DNA of 64,000 nt, from assembly GCA_030704615.1 (NCBI GenBank), contig CM060731.1, positions 25,358,001-25,422,000 of the forward strand. Reading direction: 5' to 3'. Shown here in pieces: positions 11,601 to 25,675 of the stretch. The stretch is from Takakia lepidozioides. Taxonomy: Eukaryota > Plantae > Bryophyta. Position 1 is the stretch's first letter, and every line of letters begins with the position of its first letter. A program made the translations under genes and the position numbers. Under the pieces are notes generated by a model. That model was given only the letters and a program-made list of their open reading frames with translations, did no database searches and had not been told where the DNA came from.

Positions 11601-14600
11601 GTGGATTTACAGCCTCCCTTCTTCTGATTTCACTTTCTCTACTGTGCAGAAACCAATCAGAAGGTTCATGGATGCAGCAGGCAAGGGTGCCACCGACAGT
11701 TTGGAGGGTGTGATGGCTGCATGTGTGTGGGGTAAGGAAGCCCCTCTTGGAACAGGAGTGAAGATTGACCTGCATTGGCAGCATCCGCAGGCAAGTCATG
11801 CACCCTTTCATGTACTGTCGTCCTTCAAGAAATTCTGCTTTGTCTACCCAATGGCGTGTTGTATCCGTAGATATTTCTCATTGATTTATCCTTCCACTTG
11901 CTCCTTTTCATGCAGGATTCAGATGATCCAGTGTGTAGCCTGCTAACAGCACCAACGGATGTGCACACAATATTGAAAGAGCTAAGCAGCAAGTGCATAC
12001 CTGATTTTCCCGTACCGGTCTCACCTGTCCGCTCAATACCTGAGGAACCCGAGCCGGGTCTCATTTGCGTGGGTGATGAGGGGACATTCTCACCACCCCA
12101 TGGGGGTATTACTACAGAAGATTGGAAAGAAGTTGGTGACCGGGGTACTGGTGGAGGTGGATGGGGGGACGATCCCTGCGAGAACAGTGGCCAACAGGAT
12201 GGAGGTTGGCAGGAAGGGGCTGTCCAGGATAGTGCTGGAAGTGGATGGGCCAACGTCCACCAAAACACAGAGAAACAGGAGGATGGCTGGGGGGCAGTAG
12301 CAGGGGGGTCTGGGGGTCCAAATACTGCAGGGGTTGCAGACCCTTGGTCTGAGGGGGGTACTGGTGGAGGTGGATGGGGGGACGATCCCTGCAAGAACAG
12401 TGGCCAACAGGATGGAGGTTGGCAGGAAGGGGCTGTCCAGGATAGTGCTGGAAGTGGATGGGCCAACGTCCACCAAAACACAGAGAAACAGGAGGATGGC
12501 TGGGGGGCAGTAGCAGGGGGGTCTGGGGGTCCAAATACTGCAGGGGTTGCAGACCCTTGGTCTGAGGGGAATGTTGTCTCCTCGGATACTGGATGGGGTT
12601 CTGTAACTAATTCGGCCCCATCAAAGAAAGTAGGGGAGAATCAGCAGGGAGGTTCTCGTCCTTGCATTACAACTTCCAGAACTCCATGGAGTAGTCGGGG
12701 TGGGCAGGATATTGGTGGAAGCGGATGGAACAATGCTTGCGAGAACAGGGACGGAGGCTGGCAGGAAGGGGCTGTCCAGGATACTATTGGAAGTGGATGG
12801 GCAAAGGCCCACCAAGACACAGAGAATGAGGGGGAAGGCTGGGGAGCAGTAGCAGGGAGGTCTGGGGGTCCAAATACTGCAGGGGAAGCAGAAAATGATA
12901 CATCCTGGAGCAAACCTATATGGAAGGCACGTACAGAGACTGAAAATCAGAGTGGAGGCTGGGGAAGAGAAGTGGCAGCTGTTGCAAACACTCGGTCCAA
13001 AGAGAATGTTGTTTCCGGATGGGATTCCGTAACTAATTCAGTCCCAGAAGTGGAGAAGCAGCAGGGAGGTTCCCGTCCTTGCATGCCAACTTCCAGAACT
13101 CCATGCAATACTCGAGCAGATCACCAAGTGGAGGCAACCTCAGGTTGGGGCGTGACGGAGCAGGAGGGAGGCTGGGGGGCAGAACAACAATCAGGCGGGT
13201 GGTCCAAAGCAGCAGCGTCGACAGACCAGGCTGTTCAAGATGGATGGGATGCCATGAATGCACCATCCACGGGTGATGATAGGATCTGTAGGGAGCTTAA
13301 CAGAGACTGGAATGTTGCAGGAGTGCCACCTCCAAGGCCAGGTGGTTCTATTTCTGCAGCAGACACTGCCCAAGTCCTCAGTACCAATGCAGACCCCTGG
13401 TCAAAAACACCTTCTGCAGATGAGCACAATCAGGGCAGTGGCTGGGATGCTTTACCAGAACCTGGAAAGGACCTGAAAGCTCAAAAAACACAGAGTGCTT
13501 GGCCCATGCAGATGGGGACAGATGACGTGGAAGCTGAAGATGCAACTTCTGGGCCTCAAGGTTCCAGAGAGGGTGAAGATTGGCCTTCGCAAAGAGCTGG
13601 ACATGGAGGTTTCCAAAGAGCTGGACGTGGAGGTTTCCAAAGAGCTGGACGCGGAGGTCTCCAAAGAGATAGGCGGGGCCCAACAGAACGCCCAGTAACA
13701 GGTGCCAACCTCGTACCACTTGGTAAACGACAGCCACCCATAGCTGGTGGGGATGGTGGGGAGGTGGGAAAGGGCATGCAGCCCACACGAGAAGCTACGT
13801 GGGTTGGAGGAAATCGGGCCAACAACCCTTGGTCTCTGCAAACGGGGGCAAATGAAACGTCGGCTGAAGATGACTTGATAGAGAATTTGGGTCCTGAAGG
13901 TACCAGAGGCAAAGGCTGGTCCTCACCAGAAACTGAAGTCAGAAGCTTACCTTTGGAAGTGGGCCAAGCAGGACGTCCTTTATCAGGTGCAAACCTTGGA
14001 CCTCTTGGAGGGCCGTTGCCAGAGAGGGCTGGAGGATCAGATGAGGTTTTGACAGATTCAACAAAAAACGTTAATGGAGGGTGGCTGAACACTGGGGATT
14101 CTACTGCTCACAGTCCCGAATGTGCATGGACTAATGAAGGGGAAGTCCAAAACACTGGCTGGGATGCCTTCCCTTCCTCACCCATTCATTCTGTTGCTGT
14201 CAACATTGGCTGGGATGCTATCCCTTGCTCACCCATCCATCCTACTGCTGACATCAAAATGAGTGAGTCTGCGGTAAAAATGCAAAAGAAGTCATCTGGT
14301 GGGTGGGCATCCTCCGATGCTACACCCTCCAGTAATTGGGACCATGCTAGACCAGAGACAGCCGAGGGGTGTGGCAGGTCAGAAAGTGGCACACATGCCA
14401 CAACCCACAGCAATACTACAGTTAATGATGAACACAATCCATCAGGTGGGTGGTCAGCCTCCAACACTGCGATGGACCCCAATTGGGGTCCTTCTGGGAC
14501 AGAAATAGACAAGAATTGCGGCTGGCCGGTCATGGAGGCAAATGACGAAGTCAGTGCCATGCCATCACAAGGCCTCACTGGTATGGACCGGCCGAGGCGG

Positions 14601-15425
14601 GAGCCAGAGTGTAAGGAGATTGATCATCTCGTAAAGACAATGCGGTCCATTTTGCATAATCGGTCAGTGTAATTCAGTCCCCTTTGTTTTTCTGTTTAGG
14701 ATTGAGGTTGGGTAGGTGCAGTAGTTTGATGTATATGGTAGTGAACTGATGCCCAAGAGCATGTTACAGATCATATGAAGATGGTGCAAGGCTTGCACCT
14801 CTGGATGACAAGGTGGTGCAGGAGGTGGTGGTACACCATCCCAAATACATGGAGAAGCTTGGTTGTGGCATTGCCTACATTAAGGTGATCTCCATACTTT
14901 GTCACTAGTCTCCAGTCTACTAATATGTCTATGGTTGGCAAACAGCAGTATTGAAAGATTATATCTGTGTAAGCCTTAGAACTGAGGCAGCATTGATCTG
15001 TTTCACTGTTGCGGCAACTCCAAGTACTTTGAACTGCGAGTGAAAGTGAAGGTGTTTGCAAACTGTAATATTTTATCCTAATCCATTCACTTAACCTAAT
15101 CTTGGTCAAATTTCCTCTTCTATTCCCCAGCCTCCATCCTGCTCTTCAGTCTCCTTAAACTCTTCCCTATAGGTTTCCTCCAGGATGTATAATCTGTGGA
15201 ATGGTATTAAGTACAGACTGACCCAATCGTATGGGATTCTTGCCACAGGTTGACAAACATCCTGATTTTGCAGAGAACCGTTGCTTCTGGATTGTCCGCA
15301 CTGATGATTCCCAGTCAGACTTCTCGTACCATAAATGTTTGAAGGGGAAGGTTGCCAAAGACTTCCCCTGGTTTGTGGACAGATATGATACTATCTATAC
15401 CGGACGACCTCGGGGGCCTGGCTGA
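2645..15425 (+). CDS. NRPE1: RNA polymerase IV/V largest subunit, NRPE1 (Pol V)-like, multi-exon
   Basis: Clamp zinc sites (LGVPTEDGRCATCGG..CTG/HF; CLGC..CRYC), NRPPSVH, and the Metal A motif PYNADFDGD. The trigger-loop region is degenerate (GEAVGVLAATAISQPAY vs Pol II GEMVGVLAAQSIGEPATQ). C-terminal core motifs LVADMMT and GKEAPLGTG are present. CTD exon 11916-14662 has about 28 GW/WG motifs and no YSPTSPS heptads. DeCL/DUF3223 exons are 14770-14884 and 15249-15425. The E1 call over D1 rests on the GW-rich CTD. Confidence 0.88.
12142..12567 (+). repeat. Two near-identical 213-bp (71-aa) tandem repeats in the GW-rich CTD; diverged third partial copy about 12735-12885
   Basis: Direct comparison gives a 213-bp period. 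One substitution seen (E/K codon). Confidence 0.95.
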
Positions 15426-16930
15426 GATCATGAGGTGCTAGCATCTTTTAGCAGATGCATATCATGTTGGCCTTTCACGCATCGCAAATGTGTAAACTCC
15501 AGATGTACAAAGTATGTAAAACCGGAAAACTTGAACGCATTATGACAAAAAAATTTAGGGGGAATTCTCTGTTTCCATGAACACAGACATCTATGCCCCC
15601 AGGGTTGTATCCTGAAGATCTCGATCTGGAATGCTACAGCCTACAAGATGTGTCTTTTGTACAGGAAATAGTTTAGTTAGAACAAATACTCACAAGGAAA
15701 TGGTATTTCACACTGAACCATGTTAGTGGACATATCAGCCACAGTTTCAGGTGAAGTTCAGACCAGATTGTGCTTTTCTAAGCACAAATGATATTTTTGG
15801 TTACCATTTGAAACCCAGCTCTCTATTTGGCAGACTTAAATGCTTAAATGTGCTGGCTAATGGTCAAGTCCTCTGTGCTGTCAAGAAAAACATCAACCAT
15901 TGTCTTGCACATCTTGTCTTCTAGAGCTGAAATTTTAATCCTACTGCTGCAAATGCACTCTTAGCATTCCAATTCTTCCTCCTCTGCGGAGCATTTGTTC
16001 ATATGTTGTTCTCATTGCAGGATTGCCAGTGTAGAATGTGGCGACTTGGAGAAAGAAGAAAGCAGTAATTCACTACACTGTGGATTACTCTAACATACAG
16101 AATGGGTCACACATCTAGGTTTCTCACTGTGAATACATTTACCAAAAAACTTCATTCGTTAGGGACCTTAGGAGACATCTAAAGATATATGAAATCGACA
16201 TACTTGTTACACTTAGGTGGAGCTTGTGAGGACCAGGTCTTCATGGCTGTGGCCATGCCTTGAAAGCATTTGGGTTGTGGAATTTTTTCAGAGCTCCAAG
16301 AGATACAGAGCATGGAGGGGAGGTGCAATTTGCACATGGTTGAAACTTGAAACCGATACTCTCAGAAGGATCAACTGATCAGAGGAGCGGATGAATGGCT
16401 GGTGTTTGGATAAGATAAAACATTCTACATTCCAATGTTGGTTCCTTTCAGATTCCCAGAAGATTCAGTATAGAAGGATATTGGAAACAAGATGGATTAG
16501 GTCTGTGAGAGGGAGGTGTTGTTGTTGGATTGGTAAGCTGCTGGGTTGTTGATTCTGAGAAAGGAAGAACATCACAGAGATTACTGTCACCGTCCCGCAC
16601 ACTCTGCTACTAGAGTTTCACAGACAATTCTTCAAGTTCTCCTTTTGCTGCAGGGACGCAAATCCTGGTTGATGAGAGGGATGCAGTGCCGAGACCCAGT
16701 TTTATAAGAGCGTTGGATTGAGCTGCTGGAAGTGGAGTTTTAGGTGCAATCCGTTACTCCACCACCCTCTACCCCGGACTCAGCAGCCCAGCGACACATA
16801 CTATTTTTTTCTAGCTCCGCAGCGTGAGAAGCAATGAATGATGTCTCTGTGAGGCAGTTTGCAGACAGATGAGAAAAAGAAGGGAGTGGTGCACACTGAA
16901 GGTTTGTTTGTCCTTGTAGCGCAGATAGAA

Positions 16931-17905
16931 ATGAGTTCAATGGGCTTTGCTTGCGGTGGCCTTTGGGGCCTGCACCCTGCGCCGACGTGTAACAGAGAAA
17001 AGGGTATGGGTAAGGGAGGAGAGCAGATTCCAGGCCACTACCATCGGAGAAGGCTGGCTTCAGTAGTGACTCTAAGCTTAAAAAACAATAAGGACTCTCC
17101 GTATGGCTGGGGGGCAATGGAGGCAGAGCGACCATACAAGGATGCAGGTGCTTCCAGTCCCATGTCATCACAAGGCCCGCCTAGTTTCGGCCAGCTGAGA
17201 AGGGAGCCTGAGTGCAAAGAGATTGACTCTCTGGTTAAGACAATGCGTTCTATTTTGCATAATCGGTCAGTGTTATTGTCTCTTTCCCTTCCTTCCTTCC
17301 TTCCTCGTCTGTTTTGGGTGGGTATCGTATTACTCAACTCATGAGTGAACAAAAATTCCCCAGATTTTACGTTGATGGTGCGAGGCTCGAACCTCTTGAT
17401 GACGAGACGGTCCAGGAATTGCTACCGCTGCATCCCGACTACGCTGAGAAGCTTGGCTGCGGCGTTGACCACATCAAGGTGATGAACGATCATCTTTCTC
17501 TGTGTAAACCTTTAGTGCAGCCTGAGTTATGTTTGAAGACATGTTGGTCATGCAGACTACCGCTAGGCCTCGCAATCCTTTTGCCATTGCAATGGTCGTC
17601 TCTAGACTGATCCCTCCCATTGTTTAACGTCCTTCAGCATGGCATTGAATCTACTATCGCTAGTTCTTGTAAAGAGCTAAAATGCTAGAGTGCTGGACTA
17701 ACCTACTTGGAGTCGACAATTGGCCCAGATTGATATACATCCTGATTATCCAGAGACGCGGTGCTTCTGGATCGTCCGCACTGATGGATCTGAGTTAGAC
17801 TTCTCGTACCACAAATGCTTGAAGGAGAAGGTTGCCAAAGACTTCCCGTGGTTTGTTGACAGATATGACGCTCTCTATAAGAGAAAGCCTCGCGGACCTG
17901 GGTAA
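16931..17905 (+). CDS. DeCL (DUF3223) domain module, tandem paralog of the NRPE1 terminal exons
   Basis: Exons 16931-17265, 17364-17478 and 17729-17905. The last two have the same lengths (115 and 177 nt) and intron phases as NRPE1 14770-14884 and 15249-15425. Motifs HPDYAEKLGCGVDHI and RCFWIVRTDGSELDFSYHKC. No stops. Start codon uncertain. Confidence 0.8.
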
Positions 17906-19357
17906 GATCATTAGACACTTGCTTCTTCGACAGAGATATATCATGTCTACTTGTGGCAATGCAAATCAGCCCCCACTTATTGTTGTATGCACAATGTAGA
18001 CCAGCAAAAGAGGGTTGCAACTTAAATACCGTCAAATTTTCAGTGATCTGAACAGTTCTATTTCATTGAACTGAAGTCGCAGCTACCAAAGTGTGTTCAG
18101 CAATTCCTCCTCTGGAAATGCCACAAGACAGATGACATTTTCTGTATAGGAATGTTTCTTTACATGTTGACTCTGCACATGGCTAAATTGGGAATGTTGC
18201 TCTGGTGAAAATGGTTGTCATAATATCAGCCACTAATTATTGCACTGGGGTTGAAGGCTACTTGGCCTGGTGGGTTTGTTCTCAGTGCAGAAGTAGATTG
18301 TGAGAGACAACCAAAACCATAGACTGTGCCTCTACTGTTCCTGAGATGATAGAACCCTAGATAGAGAAGGACATGTTCTGGGGACCTTTGTCAATATGTT
18401 AAACTGCAGGTGATTTCTTCTATTCCTTGAATAACAGTGCATTACCCACTCTTTCCTAGGATTTAGAGATGGATGGTGCATGGAGTATAACATCATTGAT
18501 GTTCCGATTGGACCTCTCCTTTTTGGAATCATGTTATCAAACCCTTCTATGGGTAAAATTCCCCTGATGCAACTTAAAGAGTTCTGGAATGATTGACATC
18601 CATGTGAAAATTAACTCAAAATCATGAAAGAGAGGTTGTCATGAAGGTCAATGATACATCATTGACAGTATGTAACATCATTGATACAATTGATCAATGA
18701 ATCAATGATTTACAATTGCAGTATGCATCATTGATGTATCATTGATGTTAATGACCTTGGCTCTATGGCAGCATGTTTCCATTACAAAAGATTACACAAA
18801 TATGACAACACCAATAACTGTCCTAGAGTTTAGGGGAATTACCTACACTGAGCAGTACTCACTGTGTCTCCTTGGTTTGGAGGGCAATAGTTGGGTCACA
18901 GTACCACATTAGAGCATTTCTGCCAGTCAAATTTCCCTTTTGTGCATTCTTGCATTCTTGCGTTGCTAGATAGGGCGACTGACTCCATACAATCGTCGTT
19001 GAGGAAAGATTAAGCTCAGAAGTCTGACTGGGGGACTGCACCAACCTCACCTGTTCTGTCTGTTCTGCAGGTTTTGCATCCATTAACCATCTCACAAGTA
19101 TAACTTTGCCAAAATGCCCACAATTATGCTGCGGGAAGCTAGAATAGCAGGAAGAGCACCATTCAATCAAGGGCCTTGATGAATCACCAATGCAATTCCT
19201 TAACAACAGAATGATATCCATTTCACTGTAAATCTACTTAAACCTCTACAAGGAACTAGGAGGGTGGCTCGTTTTGAGTTCTTGCTACATGTAAGTGGAC
19301 TCGGTAGAGAGACGTCTCTACCCTAAATACCAGCAGAGCTCAGTGAAAAACCAACCT

Positions 19358-22300
19358 CTAAAATAAGAGGTTGGCTTGGGGCCTGTGGCAATCCCTTGGT
19401 AGAAACACCCCAATCTCAGATTTGCTCTTTACAAATCTATGGTTCTGCATGATGTCACAGTTTCCAGTCTTTGTTGACAGTGGTGTCTTGAGAAGTTTGC
19501 CCCTTGCAATTACATACTGCAACTGTAAACTGTCCACACTCAGCACCAGCACATCTGCATCAGCACCCACCACCAGTTTTCCTGCCAGAAATACAGCATG
19601 ATTTGCTTAAGAATTTTCTATGACCTTGCAGATTTTCCAAAATTTGGGCATTCATCAGGTAGGATTCTGCCAAAGTATATAACAGCCTATCAAAATCCGG
19701 ACAATGTAACAGAAAGCGGATCTTCTCTTCAGGCTGCTGGCACATCGGGCAGTGACAATCTCCTCTTCCTCTCTGCATCTCTTTATTGTTGGACAGAGAG
19801 AGAGAGAGAGAGATGCACTCATTGGACTCTGCTTGCCATGGCCTTGTAGCTACTGTGTATGTGTGAGAGAATGTACTCAAATGTCCAATTGTAGTCTATG
19901 AATTTAACCTTGAGGGCATTGTCCCAGCACGTTTTAACCCTTCTGGAGCCTGTCGTCGCCTAATCATAGACTTAAGCTGACACTGAAATAGTCCTCACAC
20001 ACTGCTAACCACACCTAGTTACGAACAACTCAGTATTGACCTATGAGTTGGTGATGGCATCAAACAAGAAGAGCTTGCTTTTGAGTTCAGCATTGCTTCT
20101 CTGGCCCTCTAGCTGGATGTCGATGCTATACATTGCACTCTCCTGTTGTACAGTTCCTTTATATGAATATTGACTCTTGCTCAGTGCTACACTCTTCATC
20201 CAGCTCTGTTGGATATGTCATTGCTGTCGATTAACGAGTCAACATCAGAATTGGTGCTGAGGCCCAGGCAGAAGGTAGTTCAACACAACAAGTAGTTTTC
20301 CCACAAAACCCTCAAGATAGAGACAGGGACAGGAACTGAGACCTTTGCTTTGAAAGGAGAGATATGAGGCTGGATTGCTAGTGCTGAGGGGCAGAGCATC
20401 TTCAAGCGCCCACCCACCATCACACACAAGTCTGCGGATGGTATTTAGATTAGCATTTGGAGAGGCAACAGCATATTCTTGAAGCTCCCCTTTGTCATTG
20501 AATATGGGCAGAGACCCAAACCCATCAGATGACAGGGACACACTTTTGAGAGCTGAGTTGCCAAGCCGTTGGGTCCAATCGATAAGAGCATTGAATGAAG
20601 CACTCTCTCCCTCTTGGTCTGAGGTGAAATCCACACGCCCACCCTCTGCCACCCAGGTCTCAGCAGCCTGAAATACCAAACCATGATGATTATATCAGTA
20701 GTCTACATCAGGCAGTTTGGCAGAAAGGTAACAACGGAAAGTAAATTGCAAACACTGCATCTGGCTATCCTTTTGGTGTTGCAAACTTTCTCCAAAAAGA
20801 ATGTTTGCAAACTTCAAGAGAGACACAAAACAGACCTGCTGCACCTCTGCCTGAAATGTGAGTGGGAAGCATTTATGATGGGGATGGCACCCTTCCTAGC
20901 TTGCAGCACCTGCCATAGAGGATCCAGAAGTGATGCAGCTGAGCCTGTGTGGAAATGTACCACCCCGGCCTTCCCTGACAGCATTCCCCCTACCCTCGCA
21001 TCTGTAACCAAGCTTAAAAGCTCCTGAAACAACCAAGATAACTATCAGAAGTCAACCAACCATCTCTCAGGGAGAAACCCCAGACCACAGGTCACTTTCT
21101 GAAATGTTCTATTCTGTTTTTTTAGCTTCTCAAAAGCTCTGATGAACTGCTGCATAACTCCCAAGATACATTTACATTAGTATATAGCCCAGTAGTTAAG
21201 TCATTTGACTGTGCCCACAAGGTCCTGCATTTAAATCCACATAAACCTGTGTTGAATGTGTCCCAATGCAATCTATGGAGATGCTGGAGGGGTAAATCAG
21301 TTCTGCCAAGTAGGCAGGGGGATGCTCAGCTTTTTGGGATTAAGACCACACGTTGTTGAATGGATCTCACACTCGGAGATTATCAACTCAAACTCTTACC
21401 ACATTGGAGGCAACCTTCATTCGTAAACAGGCTCATGTATGGTAAGTTTCTCCATGATACTCAGGGATTGTCTGACAAATATAGCACCCCTGACTCTTAT
21501 CCTTTCATGATGGAGTGTCAGCTGCCAGTTCATGACCTCCTCCCTTTAACTCACCCTTCCCTACATACCCAACTCATACAGGTTTGAAGCAATTGGTGAT
21601 GGTGCAAGATAGCAAGACCTGAGTAGACGGCCAGCTGCTACAGTGGTCACTGATGGCAATCTCTCCTGCACCGATAACCTCATTGATGAGTTGCAAATCT
21701 TGAACTAATGAGCCTGTAAGTGTGGGTGATGGCACCCGGTAGCATCCACTCCACATCCATGCTGTCAGCCCTTGCTCTTGTAGAGCGGCCGCCTTAATCC
21801 GTAAGTTCTCCAGGCTGTAAAAGAGGACTCTGTGCAAAGTCATCTGCTGACAGAACCCAGATAGGCTGAGGTCTGTTACACCTTAAACCCTGTTGAGAAG
21901 GAGAAAAGCCACAACCTTGAAGCCCTAAAGTCCTGCATGCAGGATCCAATTGGGAAGTACCCAGTGCCAAAATTTCAAAAACAGTCCTAGTGACTACTGC
22001 TGTTTTTCTATTTTTTCAGATTTCGGTAACAGGCCCCTTATGACTGGAACCTTGAGAACAACCTGGGACCCTAATGACCTTGCCCTCTGTGCGGGATCTT
22101 TGACATTGTAACAAAACGAAATAGGGTCCTTGCAGCTACCGTGACCAAAGAATGCTCATACATATTGAATTTTAAATTCAGCACTATGAGACACTTCTTT
22201 AAGCAACCGGAAACACAATCGGTGCCAAGTATGCCTACAAGAGTAGTGATGCCAGCATCCACAAGCTGAGAGAGAGTTGCTTCAGGAGTTCGACTAGCTG

Positions 22301-22883
22301 GACCCATCTCTCCACCTCCTCCAGTTATATGGACATGAATGTCAATCAACCCAGGTATCACCACCGCCCCCCCAACATCTATCATCTTCACCGGTAACCC
22401 TGAGAGGTTGCCCCATGGGAACTCTGATTCTTTGAAAATTGCGGCTATGATTCCCCCTGCCAGCAACACATGAGCTTTGCCAATGGGGTTCGGATTGTAG
22501 ACAAACCCATTTAGAAGTAAAATCATTGCGTCCGTCTCAGAACCTGCATCTACCCTTCTACTTGTTACTCCCTCTGTTCTGGCGCAGCAATTTGTGGCCA
22601 TTCTGGCCTCTTCTTCACATTCTCTGGACATCGCTAAAATACTTGTCGTTTCCACTCCCAATTCCGCAGTGTATTCACAAAGGCTGGAAGTTGTAGATTC
22701 ATCTTCGATCATCTCCCCTTGGTCCACCTGTTGATTTCCAGAGCGACATTGTATGTATGATGCATTCAGTGGGCCAAATCCAACAAGCAGCATCACAGCC
22801 CACTTTAACCTCAACACACATGAGAAGCGGAATGGCCTTCTTGACCGCATTACCAACAACTTGACAGAGCACTTCATCTCCAT
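19358..22883 (-). pseudogene. iadA: Isoaspartyl dipeptidase (IadA-type amidohydrolase), 5 exons, with apparent frameshifts
   Basis: Motifs PGLIDIHVHITGGGGEMGPASRTPE, GILGTD, GEIAISDH, ARVGGMLSGKAGVVHFHTG, LPTH (shifted frame), LSSDGFGSLP and GADADVLVL match E. coli IadA in order. Approximate exons: 22883-22208, 21824-21619, 21023-20836, 20667-20343, 19581-19358. Frame break near 20873, and two junctions do not splice in phase. Confidence 0.75.
19690..19880. mobile_element. LINE 3'-end fragment(s) in an iadA intron, same family as 25676-26180 and 49470-50490
   Basis: Minus-strand NNKEMQRGRGDCHCPMC..E...FLLHC peptide, and GAGAGAATGTACTC, the reverse complement of the family's GAGTACATTCTCTC 3' tail. 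Confidence 0.55.
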
Positions 22884-23239
22884 CACTGCCACCCATTCAA
22901 CACAACCACATTCTCGGCCAAAATGGAAACAGAATTTCAAACTTGGCTGTGAGCTACACCACACCAAATCAATTCAACCCATCTCCCTTACATCCATCTA
23001 CCGTCCTGACAAGATCGTTGTTTGGATATGTCTCCAGGGAAGAATCGTTGTAGTGCAGATGCAGTGAAGGAATACAGTGACACCCTTTTGCAAAAGGGTG
23101 GAGTTAGGGCAAAGCCCTTCTGGCCGTCTTAGCCCAGAGCTTTGTCTATCTCTCTCTTTTTGAAGTCCCGTCTGTTTGTGCAGAACTACTTGCAGGCCCA
23201 CCATCGCCAGGCGTTCGCAGGGATACGTGCTATCACACC

Positions 23240-25229
<1,990 letters not shown>

Positions 25230-25484
25230 ACTGACAGTGTATTCACCTAAATATGGTATGCCTCCTTTGCCTTTTGTCCTGTTGCTGGTTATGGGTGCAG
25301 TGGTCACTTGGCTTCTTGGGATGCAGTGAGTGCTTTCTGAATTTCTTCTCCATTCATTTGAGCATGCTTTGTGAAATCCTCATGAAGGACTTGGCTTGAT
25401 TTGGTCATGTGTGTCAATATTTTCAAGCTGCCCGCTGCCCTGGAGCAACAACACCTGGCATGCTTCCAGTGGAGGTAGGGAGAG

Positions 25485-25642
25485 AGACATCCAATGGATA
25501 GCCCAGTGGTTAGGGCATAACACTGCTTCATTAGTGGTTGTGGGTTCAAAACCACGGAAGTCTGTTGGATGTCATAGGGGTGTCCACCTTTCCATCGAAA
25601 GTCAGTAGCCCTTTGGGGTTAAGTGACACCATAAAGTTACCC
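25485..25642 (+). mobile_element. tRNA-derived SINE copy
   Basis: A-box-like TAGCCCAGTGG at 25499 and B-box-like GGTTCAAAAC at 25543. Body is homologous to the minus-strand copies at 37341, 40288, 40566 and 41710. Confidence 0.7.
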
Positions 25643-25675
25643 TTGCTTCTGCAAGAGTCCACATTTATTTTAAGG

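Noticed and set aside
11825-14578. Long antisense ORFs over the NRPE1 CTD
   Set aside because: Shadow frames of a repetitive Gly/Trp-rich coding exon.
2645-15425. Pol II largest subunit (NRPB1) call based on NADFDGD
   Set aside because: No heptad CTD, a degenerate trigger-loop region, and a GW-rich CTD plus DeCL domain indicate Pol IV/V.
16009-16070. Possible alternative acceptor (TTGCAG|GATTG) resembling the CTD exon start
   Set aside because: All frames close within about 25 codons and the similarity is too short.
18485-18750. Repeated CATCATTGAT motifs
   Set aside because: Irregular low-complexity repeats without clear TIR or TSD.
25499-25556. tRNA gene
   Set aside because: A/B boxes are present but there is no convincing cloverleaf, and the downstream body is shared among dispersed copies, which fits a SINE.
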